Positions 1-13,254 are shown, counted from the first letter of the stretch. The stretch: DNA of 64,000 nucleotides from the human T2T-CHM13v2.0 reference genome, Homo sapiens (GCF_009914755.1 NC_060928.1); one strand, 5' to 3'. Notes: generated from the letters alone by a model not told the origin. Made by a program: numbers and translations.

Positions 1-31
1 AGAATACTATACTATACTATACTATACTATA
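1..31. repeat. (ACTAT)n microsatellite
   Basis: about five ACTAT units at the window start. Confidence 0.8.
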
Positions 32-405
32 GAATACTACTCAGCCACTCAGCCACAAAAAAAAAAAAAAATGAAATCATGTCTTTTGCAGGAACATGAA
101 TGGAACTGGAGGCCATTATCCTGAGTGAAATAACTCAGAAGCAGAAAGTCAAATACCACTTATAAGTGGGAGCTAAACAATGGGTACACATTGATATAGA
201 GAACGGAATAATAGAGATTGAACACTTCAAAAGGTGGGAGGGTGGGAGGGGCTAAGGGCTGAAAATTACCTATTGAGCACAGGGCTCACTAGTCGGGTGA
301 CGGGTACACTAATAAAAGCCAAGACTTCACCACCATGCACCATCTGCATGTAAGAAATCTGCACTTGTACCCCCTAAATATTTTTAAGAAATTTAAAAAA
401 GAAAA
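32..405 (+). mobile_element. L1 3' end fragment (L1PB/L1MA-type)
   Basis: gaatactactcagcc...gaaatcatgtcttttgcag...aagtgggagctaaac...ctgcacttgtaccccctaaat plus A-rich tail. Confidence 0.85.
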
Positions 406-770
406 GCTGAAAAGTATGAATATTTTTTCTTTGAGTGAGCCCAAGAACAAATATAAACTTTTTCTTCAGAACTTTGGACACATTATGAACAAAGCCATGT
501 TGTCAGCCTGGCATATCTCAGGGATCCCAGCGTCTGCCAGTCTTGCCTGCTGTGGACGTTCAGCACCGCCTACTCCTTACTGCCCTGTGGGCTGCAGAGC
601 ATGCCTGCGGTGGTGGTGGGAGGCTTCTGTTTGTGCATCATCTTCCATAGGCACAGTGATCATTGCCAGCCAGTGGCACTTCTAAGTGAGGAGGCTCTTA
701 GGCGAGGCCCCCAGGATTTGCCCTGTAGGAACCGCTTGGTTACCAGTATTTTTCTCTGGCCTTTACCTGC

Positions 771-1753
771 TGTATTAGTTTCCTAGGGCTGCTGTAATAA
801 AGTACCACAAGCTGCTGGTTTCGAATGACATGAATATATTATCTCACAGTTCTGGAGGCCAGAAGTCTAAAATCTAGGTGTGGTCAGGGCCGTCCTCCCT
901 CTGAAAGCTGTAGGGGAGAACTTCTTAGCCTCTTCCTGGTTTCTAGTGGTTTACTGGTATAGGGGAGTAACAGTAATCCCCATAGGTTCTTAGTTGGAAA
1001 GCACCTTTGTTACAAAAGACAGATTGACAAGAGAAAACCAGACAGAAGTTTATTAACATGTGTATTTTGAGTATACATGGAGACACCAAGAGAATGAGTA
1101 GTTTTCAGAGGTGGCTTTGAATTTCAGCTTATATAGCATCTTCAACAAAGAACAGTAAATTTTTTGTAACAAGACAATAGAAAAGGACCTTTGAATCTCT
1201 GTGGGCAGCAACTTGCAGGTGGGGCAGTGAAGAAAGGCAAATAACTTGCAGATAAAGGTTAGTTAGTACAGCTTGCTAATATAAATTCTTCTAATACCAT
1301 TGTCAGGCTGATAAGGGTCTTAAACTATCTTCAGTCTTTAACCTTTGTTCTCCCTGGTAGTCAGGAGGGCAGAATACCTTTTGTCTTCATAAATCTTTGT
1401 CCTGCTTTTAGGCAAATGGAGGAAAGATATCTCTTGAGTATCTGTTTCTTCTTGTCTTCAACAATCCTTCATGTTTTGAAGAGGCACATTCTGGTCTCAT
1501 ACTGGCAGCTCGCAGCTGCGTAACTCCAGTCTCTGCCTTCACCATCACATCACATTCTTTCTGTATGTCTCTGCCTTTACATGGCTGTCTTATAAGGATA
1601 CCAGTGGTATTGGATTGGGGGCCTGCCACTGTGACCTCATCTTAATTAATTACATCTGCAATAACCTGGTCTCCAAGTAAGGCCACATTCTGTGGTACTG
1701 TGGGTTAGGACTTTAAGGTATTTTTTTGGGGAGACACAATTCAACCCATAACA
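771..1753 (-). mobile_element. MLT1 (MaLR) solo LTR interrupted by an ERV1-type LTR
   Basis: tgtattagtttcctagggctgc...caattcaacccataaca; 5-bp TSD CCTGC at 766-770 and 1754-1758. Confidence 0.85.
958..1501. mobile_element. ERV1-class solo LTR nested in MLT1 (family uncertain)
   Basis: 544-bp insertion splitting MLT1; 4-bp TSD CTGG at 954-957 and 1502-1505. Confidence 0.65.
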
Positions 1754-2479
1754 CCTGCCTCACTTGACTGCATTTTATTTCAGGGCTGTTTACAGTAAAC
1801 TTTCTTTGGTTTTGAAAAATGCTTTTTACTGGAAAAATTGAACAGGAAGTCTTAACAATTTCCAAGTTTGATTGCTTTATTTTTTATAATCTACTCCATT
1901 TTTCCTTGTATCATAAAGCTTCATGACCCAACATAGCATCTTGACATTGAACAGAGAGCCATCGTTTCTCCCCGGCTCTTTGAGAGCTCCTTGTCCTGGA
2001 GTTTTATCTGGAGCTTTGATTTGATGCCTCAATTTTTGGATGTGGCCTTTATAGGGCTTTCTGAAGTGATGAGTGATCTGGCTTCACCGCATCTTCAAAA
2101 TGTCCCTGCAGCAACTGCTATTCTTGCTCTGTAGCATTTGGCTTTAAATATGTTTCATATCAACAGGGTTGGCACCTTCTGTTTTTCTCTTCCACTCATC
2201 CTTCTGAATGTAAATGTTTAACTTCTTGCAAACACAGTACACTTTGCATAAAGAAATAGGTACAACTGGCTTTTGTGAGTCAAAAACAGACTGGCCTCTC
2301 CCAGGGGCAATAGCAAACAGCTCCCTAGGCCCAGCTTGGCCAAGCAGTGGCTTCAAGGTGTCATGTGCTAAGGCTGACCTCCGAAGGATGATTTTAGAAG
2401 ATCAAGGGAGATTATATTGTCTTGAAAAAGATGGTTTAAATGAGATGAAGGCTAGTCTAGTTTAGGAGCAAAGACTGTT

Positions 2480-2650
2480 GGAACAGACCACTTACTGGCT
2501 GTGGGAACTTAGACAAGTTACTTAATCATCAGTTTCATCATCTGTGAAAAGGATTTATTATATCTACCTTATAAGTTTATTGCAAGGATTGAATAAGCAA
2601 ATGCAGGAAACGCGCTTAGCACAGTACTTGGCACATAGTGATTAGCAGCA
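2480..2650 (+). mobile_element. MIR
   Basis: cacttactggctgtg...acaagttacttaa...cagtttcatcatctgtgaaaa...gcttagcacagtacttggcacatag. Confidence 0.75.
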
Positions 2651-3141
2651 ATTGTTCTTAGTATAAAGAGCTCCTGTTACTTTCCCCCTTTATCTAGACA
2701 TTCTTTGCTTTAATTTGTTTTCCAACTGGCTTCAGCAGCATTTTTCTTTTGGAGGCATCTGAAGGTCAAGTTTCAGAAAAGGAAAGCAACTAAATGTGTT
2801 TAAATGTGTGGATGGAAATCTGATCAAAGGCAATTTTTTTTTTTTTAAATAGACTTTGCCAAGTATTCAGGTGATGTTCTACGCTAGCACTGACTATGTT
2901 AGGACACTAGGGTTACTGGAAATAAACTCAGCCAAGTATTGATTAGTAATATAAATGTCAAGGAATTAAGCTTGCAGTGGAGCAGGCAATGCAAGCAGTC
3001 CTGTTTGGCTGTAAAAATGCCGACATTCCTGAAGCGATGAGCTCATCATTAAATTCTTCATCTTCCACACCCATAAGAGAATTCATGGCTTGTTTGCTCA
3101 TTTTTGCTTTGGTTTTCTAGACAGCTAAGAAGGAAATAAAG

Positions 3142-3329
3142 CAGTGCTTCTTAAACTTTATTGTGTACTAGAATCACCTGGAAGGTTTGTTAAATCGCAG
3201 ATTCTGCATCCTGGCCCTGCAGTTGTTGGTTCAGGAACACTGGGGTTGGGCCTGAGAATTTGCATTTCTGTCACATTCCCGGGTGATGCTGATGCAGCTG
3301 CTTCAGGAACCACACTTTGAGAACCACTA
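3142..3329. mobile_element. MER5A hAT-Charlie DNA transposon
   Basis: cagtgcttcttaaactt...tgagaatttgcatttct...actttgagaaccact terminal inverted repeats. Confidence 0.8.
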
Positions 3330-4560
3330 AGATGAACTCCCTCGAGGCATTGTGATGTGACATAGAGCAGGGGGCATTTTAGTCATAAGGTGATGGGTTT
3401 GAGTCCTGGGGCTGTCCTTATTAGCAGAGCTCTTTTAAGCAAATAATCTCTGTGAGACTGGGTTTCTTCCATTTTCAATTAGAAATAATAAAATTCACCT
3501 CATGAAGGCTCTTGTAAGAGTTAAATGTTTGTAAATCACTTTGTTCATGTATTAGTTTTAAAAGATTTCATTAATCTTTGATTGTAAGATTATTTTGTAA
3601 GTCATGTAATATTTCCGAATGATTTGGGCAACCAAGTCTATCAAATGAATAATGCCATTCGTTTAAATAATGGAAGCAGTTTTAAATATTTCACTAAAAT
3701 TCCACTTCAGAATTCCCAAGCCCTTTTTCAAGTTGGGGTGTGTGTGTGCGTACTTTCTTCCCCCCTTGTAATTAAACAAGTTATTCCTCCCCCATTTAAT
3801 TCTTGCTAAGTACTAAATTGCATAATAAATTGGGAATTTCCTCCTTCTCTAATTCTGTGCATTGGCATTTTAGCATATTTTGATGTGTAGGTGGTAAAGG
3901 CCAGTGAAAAGTTCACAGCTGGAGTGCAAACCCTGAGTTTTCATGATGCATGAACAACTGGGATCTGACCACAATTTTGTCTTTTTATATTTAGAATCAG
4001 CCACGTCAATATCTGCATGGCACAGAATCACCTGGGAGCTTCTTACACATGTAGAATTTAGCACCCCATCTCTAAAACATATGATTCAGTATATAGAAGG
4101 TGTGTCCTGGTCATATACATTTAAAGTATCACTCCAGGTGGTACAGAGACTGCACTTCATGAAACACCAGGAATGGTCTGGAATAGTCTAGTTTGCTTTT
4201 AAATTCAGCCTCTGCCTGCAACTAGCTGTGTAGACTTGATCAAATTCTCTGGTCTTCTTAAATCTTGGTGCTGTTTATGTGAAATTGCTCACTCTCATTT
4301 ATTGGGGCTGTTATGCAGATTATAATTAACATATATAAAGTGCTTAGCATGTAAAGTGTGCTGGGCATGAAGCATTCAAACAATCTAACATTGGGGTAGT
4401 TCTTTTACAATGCCAGACACTGGAAGGTGGACAGGTAAGATCAACACAAAAGTTCCTAGATGGATAGAAGTGAAATGAAGCCAGTTGGCTCTGTGAATCC
4501 ATAAAATATTTATCAAGCCTTGGAGAAAGAGAATTCATCAAAAATTATATTAAAGTGACT

Positions 4561-4879
4561 AATTTATTTTCTTTCTTTCTTTCTTTCTTTTTTTTTGTGA
4601 GACACGGTCTCACTCTGTCACCTAGACTACAGTGCAGTGACACAATCACAGCTCACTGCAGCCTTGACCTTCTGCGCTCAAGTGGTCCTCCCACCTCAGC
4701 CTCCCAAGTAGCTGGGACCACACCTGCACACCACCACACCTGGTAATTTTTTAATATTTTGTAGAGACAGGGTCTTACTGTGTTGCCCAGGCTGGCCCTG
4801 AACTCCTGGGCTCAAATGATCCTCTGTCTTTGGCCCCCGAAAGACCTGGGAGTACAAGAGTGAGCCACCATGTCCAGAC
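4561..4879 (-). mobile_element. Alu (AluJ-like)
   Basis: Antisense Alu; TSD taaagtgact at 4551-4560 and 4880-4889. Confidence 0.9.
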
Positions 4880-5894
4880 TAAAGTGACTGGTTTGTTACA
4901 GGTATCTTCAGGTCAGGAACATTCACAACTAGTTTCTAACTTGCAATTATTTTCTAGGTTCTAAAGTTCTTATTTTAGATGCTATAAGATTAAACAGTGT
5001 TTGAGTGTATTGAAATCAATTATTCAGTCTAATCTAATGAATCAGCAGACTATCATATTTTACTGTGCCAGAACACTAATTTTCCATTCACTTTAATGTG
5101 ACAGATAATGTCCTTTCATGAAAATATTAAACCCTTCAAGAGAGCCAAAATGAACCCATATTAATACAAGACAACAGAGCCAATACTATTCAGTAACAGG
5201 ATAGAAAAATGCTGTTTAAAAGGAAATATTATTACTGTAAAGACAGATTTTTATTCAAGAAGTTAGGAACTACCACATAAATCTACGTTTACTTTGATTT
5301 TTCTCAACATCTTTGTGGCTGTCCTTCTTTAGTCTCATAAGCAATTTTAAAATATTTTTTCTATATTATGGTCTTTCCCAGCTTACTGACATGCTTCTAA
5401 TTTACATGCTTAAAATTAGTAGTGTGGCATTTTTTACTTCCTTGCAATTCCTGAAGATCTATGATGTCAGTAGAGCTTTTAGAAGGTCTTCTAATTGCAC
5501 ATTCATTAAACAAAGCTTAAGAACAGACAGTCCTAAGGGGGTTTTCATTTATGGATCATTTAGTCTGGGATTCCCCAAGGACAATGGTCAACATTAATTA
5601 AAACATCTTGAAGTCTGTAAACCACAGTTACTTCTGTGCGAGATGCCATGATGAGCTTTGAATTATCACTTGAAAAATAAGAAGATTTAGGAAATTTCAG
5701 CTTTCTTGTTGCTCTCCTGCAAATGCTACTTTAAAACAAATTTTCTTCAGTGTCACCAAGATTAACACAACTTACTGCTCTAGAGAACCAATGTTTTATA
5801 TTTGTAATTTGTTACACAAAAGAAAAAGAGGACTCCTGAGATATGGGGTAGATATCATATTCCCTGTGTCTGGGGGGTAGACCATCACTTCAAC

Positions 5895-6609
5895 TGTAAC
5901 TGCCAGATGGGTTCTTCCTGCTCACTGTGCAGACAAAATCAGTCCACTGAGACCATCACATTGCAGTAAAGAAAAAGTTTAATTGATGCCAGGCTAGCCA
6001 CACCATGTGGGAGACAGAGTTATTACTCAAATCAATTTCCCTGAAGGCTCAAAAGTTAGGGGTTTTTCAAGGTTAAAATGGAGGGCAGGGGGCTAGGGAA
6101 GGGGCATGCTGATTGGTTGGAGATGTAATTATAGGGGTATAGAAAACAGTCCTTGTAGGCTGAGTCTGCTTCTAAGTGGGGGCCACCAAAGGAGTTGCTG
6201 GTCTGGGTGGGGCTGTCCAGTAGTCAGAAATGCAAAAGCCTAAAAGACTTCTCAAAAGGCCAACTGTAGGTTCTATAATAGTGATGCTATCTGCAAGAGT
6301 AATTGGGGAGGTTGCAAATATTGTGACCTCCAGAATAATGGCAGGTAATTATGTAACTATGCCTGCATCTTAGTAAAATTCAGGCCCCTCTCATCCTCCT
6401 AACTTGGTAGACTTCCATTAATTTTACAAGGGTAGTTTAGCTTTTGGGAAGAGCTAGTATCATTTAAACTATAAACTAAATTCCTCCTGAAGTTAGTTTG
6501 CCCCACACCCAGGAATGAGCAAAGACAGCCAGCCTGTGAGGCTAGAAGCAAGATGGAGTCAACCATGTCAGATTTCTCTTACTGTCATAATTTTCCAAAG
6601 GCAATTTCA
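5895..6609 (-). mobile_element. LTR8-family (LTR8A/8B-like) ERV1 solo LTR
   Basis: Reverse complement starts tgaaattgcctttggaaaattatgacagtaagagaaatctgacatggttgactccatcttgcttcta, matching the recalled LTR8 5' end; TG...CA termini. Confidence 0.8.
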
Positions 6610-6748
6610 GAGCCACTCCTGAAGTGGTAGGAAGGTGTGCGAATTATGGGTTTGTCATATGCCTCTCATATGCATGAAGGAATATGCATATGTAATACAA
6701 GAAAGATGTCATTTTGAACCAATGGGACTTTCAAGTATTTCCTTCTAG

Positions 6749-6836
6749 GTTGGACACCGAGGAACAGTAAGAGATTATCCAGACTTTAGCCCATCAGTGG
6801 ATGCTGAAGCTATTCAGAAAGCAATCAGAGGAATTG
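6749..6836 (+). CDS. ANXA3: Annexin A3 exon 3 (VGHRGTVRDYPDFSPSVDAEAIQKAIRGI-G), 88 nt
   Basis: ttccttctag|GTTGGACAC...GGAATTG|gtgagt; phase 0 start, phase 1 end. Confidence 0.97.
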
Positions 6837-7045
6837 GTGAGTGATATTTTACAATTCCTTTCTTAATGTTGAAGCAAATCAGGCAAGTTACAATCTAAAA
6901 GTTCAGTTTGCTCAGATTGGCTTACTCAATTTAATAAATTGTCAGGAATTTTCTAAAATTGTGAAATAACGAGGAAATATATAGAGAACCCAGTTTTATT
7001 AAATCTTAACATTTATCATATTTACTTAATATTAAAAATTACCAC

Positions 7046-7636
7046 TGATACTAGTGGTCTAGGGGAGATCCCCAAATGCCGGGGGAATCTCAACCCTGGC
7101 TGGTATCCAGACTCTTGACACCATCTAGAGAAGAAATTCAAGGATGGGTCAAAAAATACTGAAAACACAGAGATTTATTGCAAAGTGAAAAATACACACT
7201 CAGGAAAGGGGAGTGTGAGTGTACTCAAGAGACAGTCGTGCACAAGGGGGTTTGGGGCTGTTGCCTTTATGGGTTTCTTTAACCAAGGGGTGGAATAGTC
7301 ATGAAGATTCTGGGAAAAAGGTGATTTCTTGAAACTGTAGTGCCACCCCTTTTTACACCAAATGTCGGTGTTTCCGGAACTGCCATGGCACTGGTGGGTG
7401 TGTGATTGAGTATGTTAATTAGCATATAATGAGATCCTAGGAGAATCCTAGGTCAAATCCAGCGCCATGTTGGGTCCAGTGGGTCTTAGCCAGCTTGATC
7501 CACACTATGGGTTTTCAGGGTCATATCAGCCCCTAGTTTCTGCAGCTATTTCAACAGTTTCCTTTTGCTAGTCATGTGAAACTGCTGCCTGGAATTTTCT
7601 GTTCTCCTGTGACCATCCTGTATTAGTCCTATCTAA
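7046..7636 (-). mobile_element. MER41-family (D/E-like) ERV1 solo LTR
   Basis: Reverse complement contains ...caggagaacagaaaattccaggcagcagtttcacatgactagcaaaaggaaactgttgaaatagctgc; 4-bp TSD CCAC at 7042-7045 and 7637-7640. Confidence 0.7.
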
Positions 7637-7705
7637 CCACCACCACCACTGCCACCAACAACAGTAATAATTATCATAATAAATCATTACAAATATGGCC
7701 CCCTT

Positions 7706-8015
7706 GGTTGGGCATGGTGGCTCCTGCCTGTGATCCCAGCACTTTGGGAGGGGGAGGCAGGAGGATCACTAGAGCCCAGGAGTTCAACACCAGCCTGGCA
7801 ATATAAGGAGGGCCCTTCTCTACAAAAAAACTCAAAAAATTAGCTGGGCTTAGTGGCTTGGGCTTGTGATCCCAGCTACTTGGGAGGCTGAGGTAGGGGG
7901 ATACTTTGAGCCAGGGAGGTTGAGGCTGCCCTGAGCTGTGATTGTGCCACTGCACTCCAGCCTCGATGACAGAGTGAGAGTCTATTTCAAAAACAAAACA
8001 ACAACAACAAAAAAA
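7706..8015 (+). mobile_element. Alu (AluJ-like)
   Basis: ggttgggcatggtggctc...gacagagtgagag plus (CAAA) tail. Confidence 0.9.
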
Positions 8016-8029
8016 CCCAACACAATCCC

Positions 8030-9850
8030 GTCAGTTCTTCCTGGATTTCACTCTTGCCCCTTTCCCTAGAGATAAACACCATCCCAAATTAGAGTTCATT
8101 CCCATGAAACTTTTAATACCATAACTACATATACATGTACATATTGTTATGCATGGTCTCAAACAGCATAAAATGAAATCATACTGTATACATTCTTCTG
8201 CAATATGTTTTTGTCTCTTAACATTATGTTTTTGAGATTTATCCATGTTGATATGGTGAGCTCTAGTGCATTAATTTTAACTGCATGGTAGTCTATTGCA
8301 TCACTATATCAGAAGATGGGAATATTGATGGAACATTTAAATTGCCTACAATTCTTTTATATTGCAATATAAAAATGCTGCAATGAATATTCCTCTCATG
8401 TCTCATTGTGCATATTTGCTAGCATTTCTCTAGAATATGACAAGAACTGGAATTTCCACATTGATGGGGATGCTTCTCTTCAAATCAACTAGAAATTTTG
8501 CCATACTGCTCTCTGAAATGAATGCAGAAATTAGCATTCCTTTCAGCAATGTACAAGACTTCCTTTTGCTCCATATTCTCACCAACACTTGCTATAGTAA
8601 GACTATTCCATTTTTCTAATTAAGTGTGTCTAAACAGTATCTTATACTGCATGTGTGTTTGTTTCCTGTCTCTACTCCAATGACTGATGCAGTTAAGCAT
8701 CCTCACTTGTGCATCTGCTTCCACTTTCATATGTCAATAAAATATAAAATATATTTTATCTATTTTTTTCAGTTGGTTTGTCTTCTTTATGATTGGCAAG
8801 AGTTTTTTTATAATTCCTCAATACAGACTTTTTAAAAAATATTACAAGCCATGAAAATATTTCCTATAAGTTTATGGTTTTTTTTTTAACATTGGTGACA
8901 TGGTTTGGCCCTGTGTCCCCACCCAAATCTCATCTTGTAGCTTCCATAATTCCCACGTGTTGTGGGAGGGACCTGGTGGGAGATGACTGAATCATGGGGA
9001 CAGGTCTTTCCCGTGCTGTTCTCATGATAGTGAATAAGTCTCACAAGATCTGATGGCTTTATAAGGTGGAGTTTCCCTGCACAAGCTCTCTCCTTGCCTG
9101 CCACCATCCACGTAAGATGTGACTTCTCCTCCTTCCCTTCCACCATGATTGTGAGGCTTCCCCAGCCACATGGAACTGTGAGTTCTCCATTAAAGAGTTC
9201 CTTCATAAATTGCCCAGGCTAGGGTATGTCTTTATCAACAACGTGAAATGGATTAATACAATTGGTTACAGTAATTTTTATTGCATAGAAGTTTTAAATT
9301 TTAGTGAAATCAAGTTTACCAATATTTTTGTCCAGGATTTATGCTTATTGAATCTTTTCTATAACGAAGTCATAAAGTTAGATATTCTCCTACTTTTTTT
9401 TTCAAAGTTTTGAAATTTTATTTTTCGTATTATGATCTTAAATCTACATGGAATTAGTGTTCATGGATGGTATTTAAAGGTGTCTCATTTTATTCTATTT
9501 CATGTGGACATTTAATTGTCCCAGAACAATGTATTGAAGAGCTCTTCCTTTTCACACTGATTTGTACGTAATATCACCTATGTTTTATGCTTCCCTATTT
9601 TTCTCTTCTCTGTTATGCTTCATTTATCTATTTGGCCCTCCCAACACCACATTGTCACAATTATTAGGATTTTATAATGACACTAAATATCTACCAGGCA
9701 AGGTCTTTCTTGGCTCTTTGCCCTCCTCTATGAATTTTAAAATCAGCTTGTCAAATTCAATAAATATACTATATTAGAACTTTATATCAATATAATATTA
9801 TGTTTTTTCTGCCTGTTTGAGGTTTATTTTTTCCATTTTTCAATGTAAGT
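8030..9850 (-). mobile_element. Old L1M fragments (interrupted by THE1)
   Basis: L1M-like antisense motifs such as gagatttatccatgttg, gctgcaatgaatatt, tctcaccaacacttgcta, ttttaaaatcagcttgtcaa. Confidence 0.6.
8896..9260 (+). mobile_element. THE1 (THE1C-like) MaLR solo LTR
   Basis: tgacatggtttggccctgtgtccccacccaaatctcatcttg...gattaataca; 5-bp TSD ATTGG at 8891-8895 and 9261-9265. Confidence 0.92.
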
Positions 9851-9879
9851 TATTTCTTCATTTATCTCTTGATTTCCTT

Positions 9880-10167
9880 ATTTTTTTTTTAAGAGAGAAG
9901 GGCTTGCTCTGTCACCTAGGCTCGAATGCAGTGATATGATCACAGCCCACTGCAGCCTCAAACTCCTGGATCCTATGGCCTCAGCCTCTGGTGTTGCTAG
10001 GACTACAGATGCTCATCACAATGTGTACCTAATTTTTAAATTTTCTGTAGTGACAGGGTCTTGCTATGTTGCCCACGCTAGTCTTGGACTCCTGGGCTCA
10101 AGTAATCCTTCTGCCTTGTCCTCCCAAAGTCCTGGGATTATAGATGTGAGTCACTGCACCCAGCCTG
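9880..10167 (-). mobile_element. Alu (AluJ-like)
   Basis: Antisense Alu consensus. Confidence 0.88.
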
Positions 10168-11565
10168 ATTGCCCTATTTATATCTAGTGTTGAATAGACT
10201 GTTTCATGAGGTTAATAGTCTTTAAATTCTGTCACCTCTTTTTAAACATTATGTTTCTTCATGAATTTGCACTTTGGCTTACAGGCCTTCTTTAAGAAGG
10301 AGGTTATTGTTTATGAGCACCACTTCTGATAGGTTCTGAGTTCAGAATGAGGTATCATAACGGTGTTTGCATTAGGGATGGGTCAGACACAGTCTCTGAA
10401 CCTGAGGCATCTTGGCTTAGTTTTTGATCTTGGGCATGTTTAAAAATAAGAGATGAGAAACTGCCAGGCATACAAACTACACATAACTGCAGGTAGTTTG
10501 GTATAGTTGTAGTCTAGGTGCATAGGTTATAGAGATGCAGAGAGGGGGTAGAAAATGAGAACAAAGACATAAGGCAGGAGAGATCATAATGAGCTGATAC
10601 ATGAGCTAAGGGGCTTAAACTTCATCCTGAAGATTACAAAGAGCCATTAGAATTTTAGCCAAGGGGGTGACATGATCAGATTGTATTTTTAAACATTTAC
10701 TTAGGCAGTAGTTTACAGGAATAATTATATGGGAGTCACATTAGGAGGTGATTTAGGTTATCCAGGTAAAATATGATAAGGACACAGGAGCAGAGGGCAT
10801 GCAGAGGAGACGACAAATTTAAGAGATGCAGATAATTGCTATAATATAGAGAATAAGATAAAGAAAGGAATCTGAGATGATTCCCAGGGTTTTTGCCTGG
10901 ATGACTATATCCATAGTTGTGGATGAGGGAACATAAAAAGAAAGACAAGTCAGAGAGGAAATACAATAAATTCCACCCAGAATGTGCTGAGTTTCAGATA
11001 CTTGTGCAGTTGTGGTGGCCGGTAGTGTACTGACACAGATGCTGGGTACAATACACAGCACCAAATTGGTGCTCAGACCCACAGAGCACAAATACACTTT
11101 AATCTGATTCGGTATTTATTTAACTATGTGTAAGAATACAAAACCAAAGACACAGAAAGGCAGCATCTTTCATTGGGAGGCCCAGCAGCTAACCAAGTAC
11201 ACAGAAGCTTTTGCTTCATCATTGATGTAAGCTGTGTACCACTGCCACGGAAGTGTGTAGATGAGGTCTGTGAGGGTCACCTTGACACAAAGAAGTTGAG
11301 CATTGAGTTCCAGGTGCTCTTTTATACCTCTCTAGTCATGCATGCTCTAGGCCTGCAAGCCAATTCACAGCTTCCCAAACCAGGTATCATCGTGGGTTGG
11401 GAAATTAATTAGACACAACTTTCCACGTTTTTCTTACTACTGTAGTCACCAAGATAAGAATGACCTTGAGGTCATTCTTAGGCAGGCCAGCATCAGCTCT
11501 GGCCTGATGTTACCTTTTGCTTACAAACAATTCATTTTGTATATGGGTTTGAAATTTATGAGAGA

Positions 11566-12034
<469 letters not shown>

Positions 12035-12425
12035 TCAGAGATTTGGGTTCAACTTCTTGCTGGACCACTCAGCAGTTGTGTGACTTTGGCAAGGAAGATA
12101 AGTTCGTGTCTTCATCTTTAGTACAGCGGGCCCCTGTGAATATTAACTATGGCAATGAATAAAAGGGTGTTTCATGCAGGGCAGATTTTCAATAAGTGTT
12201 GGTTCCTGTTTTCCAGAGGAAGAAATATTTTGATATCAAGTATGGGAGAGAGATAAAAGGCAATAAGACAGTAACCAAACCTCATAAAGGTAAAAAAGTC
12301 AAGTTCAAAAGTAGTAGGTTGTTTTGTCTGATGTACAGAAAGGAGTATTTAGACAATGATTGTTTCCTTCCCCCCAAAACTATCCAAATAAAGTTAACTT
12401 TTTTTTTCCAAAACTCAGGCAAACA

Positions 12426-12428
12426 AAA

Positions 12429-12463
<35 letters not shown>

Positions 12464-12465
12464 AA
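12426..12465. repeat. (AAAT)n microsatellite
   Basis: About nine AAAT units. Confidence 0.9.
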
Positions 12466-12599
12466 TTCCAACCAGATAAGATGCTAGAAATTAAAATGCC
12501 TTACTCTCTGCATTTGTCTCAGGCCATTGATCATTTTGCTTTTGTTCAAGACAAATGTTGAGCATAAATATTGAGTAAAATAACTTTTGTTTCATTTAG

Positions 12600-12694
12600 G
12601 AACTGATGAGAAAATGCTCATCAGCATTCTGACTGAGAGGTCAAATGCACAGCGGCAGCTGATTGTTAAGGAATATCAAGCAGCATATGGAAAG
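12600..12694 (+). CDS. ANXA3: Annexin A3 exon 4 (GTDEKMLISILTERSNAQRQLIVKEYQAAYGK), 95 nt
   Basis: ttcatttag|GAACTGATGAG...GGAAAG|gtaagg. Confidence 0.97.
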
Positions 12695-12937
12695 GTAAGG
12701 TCACATTAACATGACAGGCAGTAAAGAGATCATTAATGTACCATGGTCGCTCCCACATGGTTATGCCCACAGTCTTCTGTTTCAGGCTGAGTGTAACAGA
12801 AGATGCCCTGTGCATCCAGTCAGGAGCCTGGAATCTGAGTCGTGGTTTTGCCTTGAACTAGCTGACTGGCTTTGGGCATGTTACTTGGTCTTTCTGGGCC
12901 TCAGTTTCTTCACCTGTAGGATAAGGTTTGCCTTAGC

Positions 12938-13120
12938 CCAGTGGGTTCTAAACCAGAAGTGATTTTGCTCCCCAGGGGACATTTGGGATGAATGGAGACA
13001 TTCTGATGATCACAAACAGGATGGTGGGGAGTACTTCTAGCATGTAGTAGGCATAGGTCAGGGATGCTACAAGCATCTGAAAATGCGCAAGGCAGCCCTC
13101 CACAACAAAGAATTACTAAG
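12938..13120. mobile_element. MER20 DNA transposon
   Basis: cagtgggttctaaacc...gattttgctccccaggggacatttgg...ccacaacaaagaatta. Confidence 0.75.
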
Positions 13121-13254
13121 GAAACTATCTGACTAATTCTGTCTTAGGTAACCTTTTATTTCTCTTTTAATTTTAAAATATTTATGTAGTTATAGGTTTA
13201 ATTCATTCAGCAAAGAAAATTTAGTAATTACCAGAAACTATATAAGAACAAGTA

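Noticed and set aside
12426-12465. Tandem AATAAA as an intronic poly(A) signal
   Set aside because: A by-product of an (AAAT)n microsatellite with no clear downstream GU element.
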